This document shows positions 39,621 to 53,061 of a stretch of 64,000 nucleotides of DNA, in pieces. Below the pieces are notes generated by a model. That model was not told the DNA's origin. It saw only the letters and a program-made list of their open reading frames with translations, and did not search any database. A program made the position numbers and the translations under genes. The stretch's first letter is position 1. The number at the start of each line of letters is the position of its first letter. Source of the DNA: Octopus sinensis. Lineage: Eukaryota. The DNA is taken from the NCBI RefSeq assembly GCF_006345805.1, contig NC_043001.1, positions 21,204,001-21,268,000 of the forward strand, written 5' to 3'.

Positions 39621-40145
39621 TGTTAGCTATTTAAAAACATACATTGCCTCATGGAGGCAATGTGGCCAATGCTGGTGTCATGTAACTGGGACCCATGCTG
39701 GTGGCACATAAAAAGCATCATTCGAGTGTTGGGCCTCATGGAAGCAATGTGGCTGATGCTGGTATGACATAACTGGCACCTGTGCCGGTGGTATGTAAAA
39801 GCACCCATTACACTCTCAGAGTGGTTGGCGTTAGGCAGGGCATCCAGCCATAGAAAGCATGCCAAATCAGACTGGAGTCAAATGCAGCCTCTCAGCTTAC
39901 CAACCCTGCTCAAACTGTCCAACCCATGCCAGAATGGACAACAGACGTTAAATGATGATGATACAGAAACTGTTAACTTTCCTTAAGTATTTCTGTGGCA
40001 TCAAATCTTTTGTTGCACCAACTGCAACCTCATCACTGATGCAGTTCCACTGTAATAGAACCATGTCAGTGACAAGTATGCAGTTAGTGTGGTGAAAATT
40101 TTGCCACCAAGTAAAAAAATTTTAATCCTTTAGCATTTATACCAC

Positions 40146-40543
40146 AGGCGCAGGAGTGGCTGTGTGGTAAGTAGCTTGCTTATCAACCACATGGTTCTGG
40201 GTTCAGTCCCACTGCGTGGCACCTTGGGCAAGTGTCTTCTGCTATAGTCCCGGGCCGACCAAAGCCTTGTGAGTGGATTTGGTAGATGGAAACTGAAAGA
40301 AGCCCATCGTATATATGTATATATATATGTATGTGTGTATGTTTGTGTTTGTCCCCCTAGCATTGCTTGACAACCGATGCTGGTGTGTTTATGTCCCCGT
40401 CACTTAGCGGTTCGGCAAAAGAGACCGATAGAATAAGTACTGGGCTTACAAAGAATAAGTCCTGGGGCCGAGTTGCTCGATTAAAGGCGGTGCTCCAGCA
40501 TGGCCGCAGTCAAAATGACTGAAACAAGTAAAAGAGTAAGAGT
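40146..40543 (+). mobile_element. SINE family A
   Basis: Very similar to 149-551. Confidence 0.85.
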
Positions 40544-40703
40544 ATGCCGGCCATATCTGGCCTAAATAATCTACTTGTTTTATCTTCAAACTGGTCAGAT
40601 CCAGCCTCTCACACTTTACATACATTATTATTCTAAAAATAAACACTCACATCATTGAAATCTCAAAACTACAAGGTGATGCATGACTAATTAAAATCAA
40701 TAT

Positions 40704-41602
40704 ACTCTCTTTTTACTCTTTTACTTGTTTCAGTCATTTGACTGCGGCCATGCTGGAGCACCGCCTTTAATCGAGCAACTCGACCCCGGGACTTATTCTT
40801 TTGTAAGCCTAGTACTTATTCTATCAGTCTCTTTTGCAGAACCGCTAAGTAACAGGGACATAAACACACCAGCATCGGTTGTCAAGCAATGCTAGGGGGA
40901 CAAACACACTCACACAAACACACACACGTATAAACAAATCAAAATAGATGAACATCAATGGAATTTGTATCTTTGTGGTACCCAGTGCCGGTGGCACACA
41001 AGAAAACCATCCAAACGTGGCCGTAGCCAGTCCCGCATCGACTGGCCTCCGTGCTGTGGGCACGTAACAAACACCATCCGATCGTGGCGGTTCGCCAGCC
41101 TCATCTGGCACCTGTGTCGGTGGCACATAAAAACACCATCCGAGCGTGGCCGTCTGCCAGCCTCGTCTGGCACCTGTGTCGGTGGCACATAAAAAACACC
41201 ATCCGAGCGTGGCCGTTTGCCAGCCTCGTCTGGCACCTGTGTCGGTGGCACATAAAATCACCCACTACACTCTCGGAGTGGTTGGCGTTAGGAAGGGCAT
41301 CCAGCTGTAGAAACACTGCCAGATCTGACTGGCCTGGTGCAGCCTTCGGGCTCCCCAGACCCCAGTTGAACCGTCCAACCCATGCTAGCATGGAAAGCGG
41401 ACGTTAAATGATGATGATGATGATGATATATATATATACGACGGGCTTCTTTCAGTTTCCGTCTACCAAATCCACTCACAAGGCTTTGGTCGGCCCGAGG
41501 CTATGATAGAAGACACTTGCCCAAAGTGCCACGCAGTGGGATTGAACCCGGAACCATGTGGTTGGTAAACAAGCTACTTACCACACAGCCACTCCTGCGC
41601 CT
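40704..41602 (-). mobile_element. SINE family A carrying a family B insertion (~40935-41428, +)
   Basis: Flanked by an AATAT direct repeat; the B element sits in the central microsatellite. Confidence 0.85.
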
Positions 41603-43587
41603 AATATGAATAAATAAACACTACATTTGACAGATAAATCCTCCTCCTCATCATCATCATCTGAATGCTAAAGGGTTAAGTGAAGTTTACAGTCATTGTG
41701 CATTTTCTGAGTGGCTAATGTGTGTCTTCCATGCTCTAATTGTTTTAATATCAACACAAAAGGCTCAGATCAAATCATTTTGTCTGGCAAGCACACCTCC
41801 AAAATAACAATTTGTAAATCATTTATAAATAGCCACATAATGGCTACATAAATAAATGACTTAGAAATTTATATCAGAAAGAAAAAAAACCATCTGTACT
41901 TCTAGAGTTGTAATGGACTTGACATGGTATATGTTTTTTTAGGCTATGCTATAGCCCCAGGCCAATCGAAGCCTTGTGGTAGATGGAAACTAAAAGAAGC
42001 CTGTTGTATGTGTTTATGTGTGCGTGTCTTTGCATTTGTTCCCCCACTCGCCCGATAACCAGTGTTGGTGTGTTTATGTCCCAATGACTTGGCAGTTCGG
42101 CAAAAGGATTGATTGAATAAGTACGGGTCGATTCATTTGACTGAAATTCTTCAACACAGTGCCGCAGCAAGGCTACAGTCTAATGAGTGAAACAAGTAAA
42201 CGATAAAAGAAAAAGGAGATGAATTAATAACACAATGTTATGATGTAAATATCATTGCGGTTTCAACTACACTAACAGACATTTACGCTGATTATAACGA
42301 TGATCACTTCTAGGGAAGTCGTTAAATGGTGTTCTATAAACATTTTAAGCTAATTTTTGCCTGTTGGAATTTCTTAGAAAAGAAGCATTTGTACTTGTCT
42401 TAAAACATGTCTTAAAATAGCACAACATGAAAACAGAAGACATGCTTGGTGCAAAGAATTCTTAATTGGTTCCAGATGTTTAGCAGCCCAGAATGAAGCC
42501 TACATTGTCTAAACGAAGCCTGTCTAACTTGAAAGATAATTCATTGCATTTGGTAATTAATTAGAAAATGCTTTCTGGTGCCAGTGGCATGTAAAAAGCA
42601 CCATCTGAACGTGGCTGATGCCAGCATCGCCTTGACTGGCTTCCGTGCCAGTGGCACGTAAAAAGCACCAATCCGATCGTGGCCATTGCCAGCCTCGCCT
42701 GGCACCTGTGCCGGTGGCACGTAAAAAGCACCCACTACACTCACAGAGTGGTTGGCGTTAGGAAGGGCATCCAGCTGTAGAAACACTGCCAGATCAGACT
42801 GGAGCCTGGTGCAGCCTTCTGGCTTCCCAGATCCCGGTCGAACCATCCAACCCATGCTAGCATGGAGAACAGACGTTAAACGATGATGATGATGATGATG
42901 AAGAGTAGAAACTTTTATTATTATGGTACAAAAAGGAAGGCATGACATGGCAGGATGTGGGAGGCTAAAGATTTAAGATTTTCAACGAGTGTGGATTGAA
43001 TGTAAAGACATAGCTCATGGTATGAATATAATAAATGAATGAAAGCAATACTTTTTGGCTGAATTCATTCAGACAGTGTTATATTACTTAGAATATTCTT
43101 GATTCTAATTTCTTTGAAAGAAAAATGCAAAGTTTCCATGAAAAGACTTTACAACAGAGTTAAGTGTTTTTTTTTTTTTTGAATGGTCCATTCTAGGTTC
43201 CTCACTTTGGAGCAACAAATTATACAAAATATTCTCCAATTGTGAGGAAAGTATATATTTCACTTTATTTTTGAAAATGACTATCATCAGATCAAAAATT
43301 AAGAAACTAATCAGAAAATATTCTTTTATATTAACAGTACTGGTGGTGAAAAGCACTTGAGGAAGTGCCACATAAAAGCCAACCACTTCACATACTGTGA
43401 AGTGGTTGGCTTTAGGAAGGGCATCCAACCATAGAAGCAATGCCAAATCAGATTGGAGACTGGTGCAGCTCCCCAGCTCTGGTCAAACCGGTCAACCTAT
43501 GCCAGCATGGTCATCGGACATAATATGACGATAATGAATTTAAGTATGATCTCTTGATGTAGAGACAGCAAAACTATGCAAACTTAC

Positions 43588-43729
43588 CTTCTTTTGACAT
43601 TCCCATAGAAAGACATTTCTTAAATCGACAAAAAGCACATGCATTGCGCTTTCCTGGACTAATTTCACAATTTTCAATTCCAGGGCATTTATATTCTTCT
43701 TTTCTTTGTAGACTTCGCCGAAAAAACCC
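43588..43729 (-). CDS. Nuclear receptor exon (zinc finger 2)
   Basis: ttttag|GFFRRSLQRKEEYKCPGIENCEISPGKRNACAFCRFKKCLSMGMSKE|gtaagt; 142 nt, phase 0->1. Not in the ORF track; read by hand. Confidence 0.95.
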
Positions 43730-44248
43730 CTAAAAATTAAATGATTTATCCAAGTTATTCAAACCAGTAAAATATATAAATGAAAAAGCTTCAAGTATTT
43801 TAAGTACAACACATACATTCTTTTCTCTAATGCTTTGTTTAACAAGGTGTTATTAATAAGATTAATCAATGCTTCACAAGGGAAATTTAAGATATGAAAC
43901 TTTAACAGCATGTCTCTACAATTTGCTTCCTGACAGTATCAGGAGAATATCCCATTCTTTTTGGGTCACATGAACTTTATACATAATTCTATGCACTTCC
44001 CTAGAGAGAAAACTATTTAATAATTGCCATTCCTTGATAAATATAAGATTAAAAGAATATTGTTAACTGAAATCAATGACAGATTAACTGTATATAAAAA
44101 AACAAACAGTCAGTGGGTTCTGTCCAAGAAAGGAATCATCAGATGACCCCAAATTTCACCAGCAATTGGGTTATGGGATTAGCATTGTGATTAAGGCTGT
44201 TGAAACTTGTGTTGGAAATAAAGACAATGAGTTTGAGTCTTGGTAAGC

Positions 44249-44280
<32 letters not shown>

Positions 44281-44403
44281 TGTGTACATATGGTAAACAG
44301 TTTGCTTCTCAACACAGTTGGGTAAGTGTCTTCTACTATAGTCCCAAGCCAACCAAAGCCTTGTGACTGGATGTGGTAGGTGGAAACTGAAAGAAGCCCA
44401 ACA

Positions 44404-44473
<70 letters not shown>

Positions 44474-44737
44474 CATACATACACACACATATCATAATCA
44501 CTGTTGTCATTTAATGCCCTCTTTCCATGTTGGCATGGGTTGGACAGTTTGACTGAGAACTGGCAAGCTAGGAGGATGCACCAGGCTCCAATCTGATTTG
44601 GCAAGGTTTCTACAGCTGGATGCACTTCCTAGAGTCAACCACTCTAAGAGTGTAGTGGATGTTTTTACGTGCTACCAGCATGGGAGCCAGTCAGGTGACA
44701 CTGGCATCTGTCACACTCGAATGGTGCTTTTTATGTG

Positions 44738-44773
<36 letters not shown>

Positions 44774-46423
44774 CACACACACACACACACCATCTGAGCA
44801 TGATTGTTGCCAGGGCTGCTGCCTGGCTCCCATGCTGATGGCATATAAAAGGCACCATTCAAGTGTGATCATTATTAGCGTCACCTTACTGGTACTTGTG
44901 CCAGTGACATGTGAAAAACAATATTTGAGTGAGGTCCTTGCCAGTGTCGCTGGACTAGCTCCTGTGCAGGAGGCACATAAAAAACACCATTTGAGCGTGG
45001 CCGTCACCAGTACCACCTGTAAAAAACACCCACTACACTCTCAGAATGATTGGCATTAGGAAGGGCATCCAGCTGTAGAAACTGCCAGATCAGATTGGAG
45101 CCTGATGCAGCCATCTGGCTCGCTAGTCCTCAGTCAAACTGTCCAACCCATTCCAGCATGGAAAGTGGACGTTAAATGATGATGATGATGATGCTATTGT
45201 AATAATAGCATGAGAAAGCAAAATGCTTTCAATTCTGTCAGGATACAAGCAGCCCTCAAAAAAACTTTGTGATTAAAGCAGCCTGCAACGTAATTCGAGT
45301 TGGCCAGGCCTGGTCTAGGCCTTAAGACAATAATGTTCAGAGAATGATGATGATAATGGGAGGCTGACTCCATTTAAGAAAATTTGGATTAAAGTGATTA
45401 TAGGTGGTATTAATTTATAATTAACAGGGCAATCAAGACAAATATATTATGTGCTAGGAAACAGTTGCAACATCCTGTAGTATTCTTACTATGAGAATGT
45501 TATAGAATGAGATGGCTTAATTTCCTCAATATGTAGAACCATAGTAGAATTTGCTGAGACCCCCTTCGGTCATGAATGACCATGGGATTGCACCTAGAAA
45601 GTTACCCTCCCAGGTATAAGTCCGGGCAAGGTTGTTTATGGAAGACCAGCAGTCACCCAGGCATACTAGCCTCACCGCTCCACACCACCGATGTTATCCA
45701 AGGGAAAGGAAAAGTCCGATACAGCTTGGTACCAGGGACACTGCAACACATTTCTACAGCTGAGTGAACTGGAGCAACGTGAAATAAAGTGTCTTGCTCA
45801 AGAACACAACACACAGCCCGGTACGGGATTCAAACTCACAACTTCATGATTGTAAGCTCGATGCTCTAACCACTGAGCCATGCACCTTCATACTAGAATA
45901 CTTGCTAATGAACTGATTTACAGATTTAAAACTTATGACTCCGAAGAATAAAAATAATGGTTTCAAAAAAGAAAACAGGTACAAAAAAAAAAAAGGAGAA
46001 AAGAAATAGGTTTTAATTTTCATTTAAAATTATCTAAAAATAAATATTTATAATTTAATTAGTCAGATTATCTAAAAATAAATAAGGATATTTATAATTA
46101 ATCAAATAATCTAAAAATGAATAAGTCTATTTATAATTAATATAAAAGCACTATTTTAATTTTTGTTGTCAATTTTATTTATTTTTTTTTTGTTTTCAAT
46201 TTTTCATGACATTCAAATTAAAAATACCGACTGCTGAGATAATGAGCTTATATTGCATATTTCCAAAAATCAACATTAAATAAACAAGCACGATCGTTAA
46301 GGAATAGTGTACTTGACAAAAAGCAAAGCAACAATTTAGGCAAGCAGATGTAACAGGATCAAGAATGAGAATTAATGCAAGTTAGAAAGTTTAAAACCTG
46401 TAAAAGCATAAAGTCCAACCCAC

Positions 46424-46540
46424 CTTACATGCCTCACACGTATTAACACCATAATGAAATCCTGAAGCTTTCTCCCCACATATACGACATGGAGGTAAAA
46501 CAGCCTCTGTGATTGAACAATGACTAGCAGTCTCTGTCAT
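46424..46540 (-). CDS. Orphan NR1-type nuclear receptor, first identified coding exon (zinc finger 1)
   Basis: [39 protein letters not shown]. Acceptor tttcag| with exon starting at 46552; ATG at 46540; donor AAG|gtgggt, phase 0. The 12 nt before the ATG are in frame without a stop, so an upstream coding exon is possible. Confidence 0.93.
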
Positions 46541-46661
46541 TTTGTAGGGTCTCTGAAAGTAAAGAAAGCAAAACAAATAAAGACTATTGAAACACATTTT
46601 ACTCACAACATGCATCTTCGAAAGAAACTAAATATTTGAATTCTAGCGAAACACAGTTGAA

Positions 46662-46890
46662 TTAACCCTTTCGTTACTGTATTTATTTTTAGATGCTCTG
46701 TGTTTCTTTCAAATACTTTAAATATAACAAAGAATTTAGTAAAATAACTTAGTTATCATTAAGCTAGTGTTAGGAACATAAATTGTGACTAAAGTTTGGT
46801 GGAAGATTTTAATTCAAAACTTATAAAAACAAATCATTTGTACTACAGAGCCAGCGGTGGTTTCAGCCGGGTTGGTATCGAAAGGGTTAA
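46662..46890. mobile_element. piggyBac-like TTAA MITE
   Basis: TTAA|CCCTTTCGTTAC...GTATCGAAAGGG|TTAA terminal inverted repeats. Confidence 0.8.
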
Positions 46891-46988
46891 ACACACCTCT
46901 ACATTTGGGCTGATGCACATTAGAAGCAGTTGGAAGGGTGCAGATTGAAGGAAATTTAGGCTATTATTTCTGCTGATTATTTTTCTTC

Positions 46989-47211
46989 TTAACCCTTTCG
47001 TTACTGTATTTATTTTGAGATGCTCTGTGTTTCTTTCAAATACTTTAAATATAACAAAGAATTTACTAAAATAATTTAGTTATCATTCAGCTAGTGTTAG
47101 GAATATAAATTGTGACTAAGGTTTGGTGGAAGATTTTAATTCAAAAACTTATGTAAACAAGACCTTTGTACTACAGAGCCGGTTTCAGCTGGGTTGGTAA
47201 CGAAAGGGTTA
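46989..47211. mobile_element. piggyBac-like TTAA MITE, second adjacent copy
   Basis: Highly similar to 46662-46890, same orientation. Confidence 0.8.
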
Positions 47212-47370
47212 GCACCTGCTTTTACCAATCTTATATGGACTTAACTTTCAAAAATTCTCTAAATTACTTTATCCTTTACCTGTTTCAGTCATTGGACTGC
47301 AGCCATGCTGAGGCGCCACCTTGAAGGGTTTTAGTCGAACAACTCAATTCTAGGATTTTTTTTAAAGCCT

Positions 47371-47878
47371 AGCTTGTGAAGACCTGTTGGGGCAAGTGAA
47401 ATTGAAATTGAACCAAATTCGAAGGCTGGCACCCGTGCCAGTGGAGCACTAACAGCTCCATCCAAGCGGGATCACTGCCAGAGCAGCTGTCTGGCTTCCG
47501 TGCTGGTGGGTACATAAAAAGTACCATTTGAGCATGATCGTTACCAGTGTCGCCTTACTGGCACTTGTGCCGGTGGCATGTGAACAAAACATTCAAACGA
47601 GGACATTGCCAGTACCACTGGACTGACTCCTGTGCAGGTGGCACGTAAAAAACACCATTTTCGAGCGCGGCTGTTGCCAGTACCACTAGACTGGCCCTCG
47701 TGCTGGTGGCACGTAAAAGCACCCACTACACTCTTGGAGTTAGGAAGGGCATCCGGCTGTAGAAACTCTGCCAGATCAAGATTGGAGCCTGGTGCAGCCA
47801 TCTGGTTTGCCAGACCTCAGTCAGATCGTCCAACCCATGCTAGCATGGAAAGTGGATGTTAAACGATGATGATGATGA
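47371..47878 (+). mobile_element. Family B element with ~96 bp target-site duplication
   Basis: Direct repeats 47275-47370 and 47879-47976 abut both ends. Confidence 0.8.
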
Positions 47879-48960
47879 TTTACCTGTTTTGGTCATTTGA
47901 CTGCAGCCATGCTGAGACACCACCTTGAAGGGTTTTAGTCGAACAACTCAATCCTAGGATTTTTTTTTTAAAGCCTCATACTTATTCTATCAGTCTCTTT
48001 TTGCTGAACTACTAAGTTATGGGAATGTAAACACAACAACACCAGTTGTCAAGTGGTGGTGAGGGACAAACACATAAAAAGACGCACACACACACAGACA
48101 TATATACAACAGGCTTTTTTTCAGTTTCCCTCGACTCACAAATCCACTCATCATAGTAAAAGACACTTGCCCAAGGTGTCACAAGTGGGACTGAACCCAG
48201 AACAATGTGGTTGAGAACAAGCTTCTTACCACACAGCCAATGCCTTCGCCTATCACTAGTCCTCCTTACTTAGTATAAAATACAACAGGTAAAGTCTATT
48301 AATTATGGCATCGGTCAACCATCACATGTCTCTTTCCAATAATTCATCTCTCCTGGATACGTTAACTGAGGAATACTCGGTTCTTTTGTGTTCATTCTGT
48401 CTTTCACATGCAATGGACCATATTTCTGATATACACAGCTACCATCATCATCATCATCATCATCACTGTCAACATCAATATTTCAGCGTCCACTTCTTTA
48501 TGCTTGCATGGGTTGGATGAAGACAGATTTTCTATGGCCAGATGCCTTTGCTGCTGCCGACCCTCGCCCGTTTCCTAGCAAGGTAATATTTCTCCTTAGC
48601 CAGACATGTTTTGCACAGAACAGTGAAAATGAATGATACTGTTTGTATGACAGCGACACTTGAAACTGTCACGCAGTGTCAAGACAAAGAGGCACTTGCA
48701 CATATATATATATATATAATGGGCTTCTTTGAATTCCATGTATAATGCTGTTTATAGGCTTTTATGAGGAGGCATGTGGAAGAAGTTTGATGTTGTGAAA
48801 CATAGGGCAGTGAATGCATGAGCTCTAGAATGATTACGGATGAATGAGTGTGTTCAGTTTAATGTGTTGAATGTCCAACATTAATTCAGGGGAAAAACTG
48901 AGTGTAAACAGTGGTTTGGCTGAGGGTGAAGCATGTAATGCAATGTTAAATTATAATCAA

Positions 48961-49162
48961 CTAGCAGTATCGGCCGGCGTTGCTCGGGTTTCTAAGGGAA
49001 ATAACTATATAAGCACTTTTAGAGAGTTATAGCCAAAAAATAGAAAAAAAATGGTAAATTTTTTTTTAAATCGTTGACTCATCGTAGACATTTTTAGAGA
49101 GTTACCTCTCTTATATAATAGCGAAAAAATGCATTAAAATGGAAAAAAATGATGGTAAATTC
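48961..49162 (-). mobile_element. Helitron 3' end fragment
   Basis: Minus strand ends CCCGAGCAACGCCGGCCGATACTG-CTAG|T, a GC-rich subterminal hairpin plus CTAG. Confidence 0.65.
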
Positions 49163-49373
49163 TATGAATTTCCATCTTCCAAATCCACTCACAATGCTTT
49201 GGTCAACTTGGGCCTATAAGAGAAGACACTTGCCCAAGGTGCCACACAGTGAGACTGAACCCAAAACCATGTGGTTAGGAAGAAAATTTCTTAACCCCAC
49301 AGCGATGCTTGCATATATTTTTCTTCCTTTGTATAAAGAAACTCATTTAGTTGCTGTCAAAAGTAGTAGTTCC

Positions 49374-49601
49374 TTAACCCTTTAGCATTTAAACTGGCCA
49401 TATCCGGCCAAAATATTCTGCCTCTTCTAAATTCAAACTGACCAGATCCAGCCTCTCACACATACCCTACAATGTCATTCTAAAAATATACAATCACATC
49501 ATTGCAATATTGAAGCTACAGGATAATGCCAAATAAATTCAAAACAATGTGAATAAACAAGCAATAAATCGGACAAAGGAATCTGAATGCTAAAGAGTTA
49601 A
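49374..49601. mobile_element. TTAA MITE family 2
   Basis: TTAACCCTTTAGCATTT...AATGCTAAAGAGTTAA. Confidence 0.8.
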
Positions 49602-49627
49602 ACATCCCTCCATATACCGAGCATATA

Positions 49628-49861
49628 TAAGGCAGCGAGCTGGCAGCAAGGTTAGCACGCCGGGCGAAATGCGTAGCCGTATTTCGTCTGCCGTTACGTT
49701 CTGAGTTCAAATTCCGCCGAGGTCGACTTTGCCTTTCATCCTTTCGGGGTCGATTAAATAAGTACCAGTTACGCACTGAGGTCGATATAATCGACTTAAT
49801 CCGTTTGTCTGTCCTTGTTTGCCCTCTCTGTGTTTAGCCCCTTGTGGGCAGTAAAGAAATA
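49628..49861 (+). mobile_element. SINE family C, near-consensus copy
   Basis: Intact A/B boxes (GAGTTCAAATTCC) and tail ...GTAAAGAAAT. Confidence 0.85.
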
Positions 49862-50408
49862 CATATACTGAGCCCTAGCCGACACCATGCTCCATTAAGT
49901 CATCTAAATAACAGAACTTATCAGAAGTCATCATCAAACGTTTCAAACACTGACCTTCAAAATCTAGATGTTAGCTGTGCTAATTACAAAAAGAAATGTA
50001 GTTTATAGGCTTTTATGAGGAGGCAGGTGGAAGAAGTTTGATGTTGTGAAACATAGGGCAGTGAATGCATGAGCTCTAGAATGATTACGGATGAATGAGT
50101 GTGTTCAGTTTAATGTGTTGAATGTCCAACATTAATTCAGGGGAAAAAATTGAGTGTAAAAAGTGGTTTGGCTGAGGGTGAAGCATGTAATGCAATGTTG
50201 AATTATGATCAATGTTGGATGGGACGTAATGTGAGCTGATGAGAGGACGTGTGGGTGGAGGAGAGCAGTTTAATCAAATTTGGAAATAATGTTTTAAGTA
50301 GAACAGTATCAAAGATTAAGTATACATCAGTCATTCCCAACCTGTGGTCTGCAAAGATAGTACTGAGGGGTCCGTGAACTAAATACAAAATTTCATATTC
50401 GAGTGAGG

Positions 50409-50815
50409 TGAGTGGCTGTGTGGTAAGTAGCTTGCTTACCAACCACATGGTTCCGGGTTCAGTCCCACTGCGTGGCATCTTGGGCAAGTGTCTTCTACTA
50501 TAGCCGAGGGCCGACCAAAGCCTTGTGAGTGGATTTGGTAGACGGAAACTGAAAGAAGCCCGTCGTATATATGTATATATATATATATGTGTGTGTGTGT
50601 GTGCGTGTATGTTTGTGTGTCTGTGTTTGTCCCCCTAGCATTGCTTGACAACCGATGCTGGTGTGTTTATGTCCCCGTCACTTAGCGGTTCGGCAAAAGA
50701 GACCAATAGAATAAGTACTGGGCTAACAAAGAATAAGTCCCGGGGTCAAGTTGCTCGATTAAAGGCGGTGCTCCAGCATGACCGCAGTCAAATGACTCAA
50801 ACAAGTAAAAGAGTA
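50409..50815 (+). mobile_element. SINE family A
   Basis: Similarity to 149-551; inverted partner at 51098-51490. Confidence 0.85.
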
Positions 50816-51097
50816 TTCGAGCGAGGTCTATCAAAAGCACTAGCAAAGCTTTGGTCAGCAGAGAACCATATTAGGAGACACTTGCCCAAGGTACTCCCTA
50901 ATAATACCGAACCCAAGACCACACAGTAAGGAAGCAAACTTCTCAAGAACACCACCATAACTGCACCTGTTTGTACACATACATTATATTATGTATATTA
51001 TAAAAATTCCTGCATATATTAATAGTAATGGTGTTTATTACACAGGTACAAATAAGTGGCATGCACTCATTTTTCAAAAGCATTTGTTCTTCAATCA

Positions 51098-51292
51098 TAT
51101 ACTCTTTTATTTGTTTCAGTCAGTTGACTGCGGCCATGCTGGAGCATTGCCTTTAGTCGAGCAAATCGATCCCAGGACTTATTCTTTGGAAGCCTAGTAC
51201 TTATTCTATTGGTCCCTTTTTGCTGAACCGCTAAGTTATGTGGACGTAAACATCTGTTGGGGGGACAAACACAGACACACAAACATACATAC

Positions 51293-51324
<32 letters not shown>

Positions 51325-51490
51325 ATACAATGGGCTTCTTTAAGTTTCCTTCTACCAAATTCACTCACAAGGCTTTGGTTGGCCCGAGGCCATAGTAGAA
51401 GACACTTGCCGAAGGTGCCACACAGTGGGACTGAACCCAGAACCATGTGGTTGGTAAGCAAGCTACTTAATACACAGCCACTCCTGTGCT
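51098..51490 (-). mobile_element. SINE family A
   Basis: Reverse-complement similarity, with an internal deletion. Confidence 0.8.
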
Positions 51491-52329
51491 TATAACCAGT
51501 CAATGTTACCACTTGTAAAAATATATTATTACTGCTCCATTACTAAACCAAATTCATTAATATGGAGTTCTAGGGCAATATGAGGCTGCTATGTTTTTTC
51601 TTTTTTGACAATTGCTGTTTACAGTTAAATGTGATTACAGACAGGAATGCAGCTAATATTATTGCCAAGTTGTCTGCCGGTCAATGACCTTGTTAACAAC
51701 TACCCCCTCCTTAGGTTATACTGACCAACAAGCCACTCCACCTTTCTCATTGTTATTCTCCTCCCATCTCCAGCCACACTCAAAAATTCTCCTCCTTTCT
51801 CTTTCCAACCAATTCCCACTTATGCATGCGAGAAATAACTTGATTCTTTATCTTTTCTGATCATTCTTCCTGTCCCCTCACCCACCACCTGCAAGCTTTC
51901 CATGCTAGCTGGAAAATCACCCCTACCCCCCCTCTCTCTCTCACTATCTACCTATCCATCCAGCCATCCCCTGATATAGTTCTTGAATAAACGTCAGCAC
52001 GCCGGGCGAAATGCTTAGTACTATTTCGTCTGTCTGTACGCTCTGAGTTCAAATTCCGCCGAGGTCGACTTTGCCTTTCATCTTTTCGGGGTCGATAAAT
52101 TAGGTACCACTTACGCACTGGGGTCGATGTAATCGACTTAATCCCTTTGTCTGTCCTTGTTTGTCCCCTCTGTGTTTAGCCCCTTGTGGGTAGTAAAGAA
52201 ATAAGAAATATATATAGATAATATTGATTTCATTGATTTTTTCAAGTTTTACAATTAATGGTTTTTTCTTTTTTGTTTTTTTGTTTTTTTAAATAAAGAA
52301 AATACAAACACACACACACATATATATAT

Positions 52330-52997
52330 ATTCTTTTACTTGTTTCAGTCATTTGACTGTGGCCATGCTGGCACACCCCCTTAAGTCGAACAAATTGACC
52401 CCAGGACTTATTCTTTGTAAGCCTAGTACTTATTCTATCAGTCTCTTTTGCCGAACCATTAAGTTACAGGGACATAAACACACCACCATTGGTTGTCAAG
52501 CGATGTTTTGGGCGACAAACACAGACACACATCATCATCATCATCATCATCATCGTTGTCGTGTAACGTCTGCTTTCCATGCTGGCATGGGTTGGATGGC
52601 TTGACTGAGGACTGGTGAACCAGAAGGCTGCACCAGGCTCAATCTGATCTGGCAAAGTTTCTACAGCTGGATGCCTTTCCTAACAATCGCATGAGGGCCA
52701 GTCATGCAGTTCTGGCAATGACCTCACTCAAAAGGTCTTTTTTTATGTGCTACCTGCATGGGAGCCAGTCTTGTGACACTGACAATGACCACACTCAAAT
52801 GTTTTTCACATGCCACCAGTACATGTGCCGGTAAGGCAATGCTGGCAGCAATCATGCTTGGATGTGCTTTTAACGTTCCATTGGCACAAGTGCCAATCAA
52901 GCAGTACTGTCATTGGCCGTGTCAGTGATTTTGATTTGATTTCACTTGCCTCAATAGGTCTTCGTAAGCAAAGTTTATTGTCCAATGAATGAAGGGT

Positions 52998-53061
<64 letters not shown>

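Larger units (their letters stand above)
40122..41679. mobile_element. TTAA MITE family 2 split by nested SINE insertions
   Basis: MITE pieces at 40122-40145, 40545-40703 and 41603-41679, separated by two family A SINEs. Confidence 0.8.
48750..50212. repeat. Dispersed direct repeat, ~210 bp (48750-48960 and 50001-50212)
   Basis: GTTTATAGGCTTTTATGAGG...AATTAT(A/G)ATCAA in both, with few mismatches. Confidence 0.9.

Noticed and set aside
28308-46540. Naming the receptor E75, HR3/ROR, HR96 or VDR
   Set aside because: P-box, T-box and AF-2 features do not fit any one of them; phylogeny is needed.
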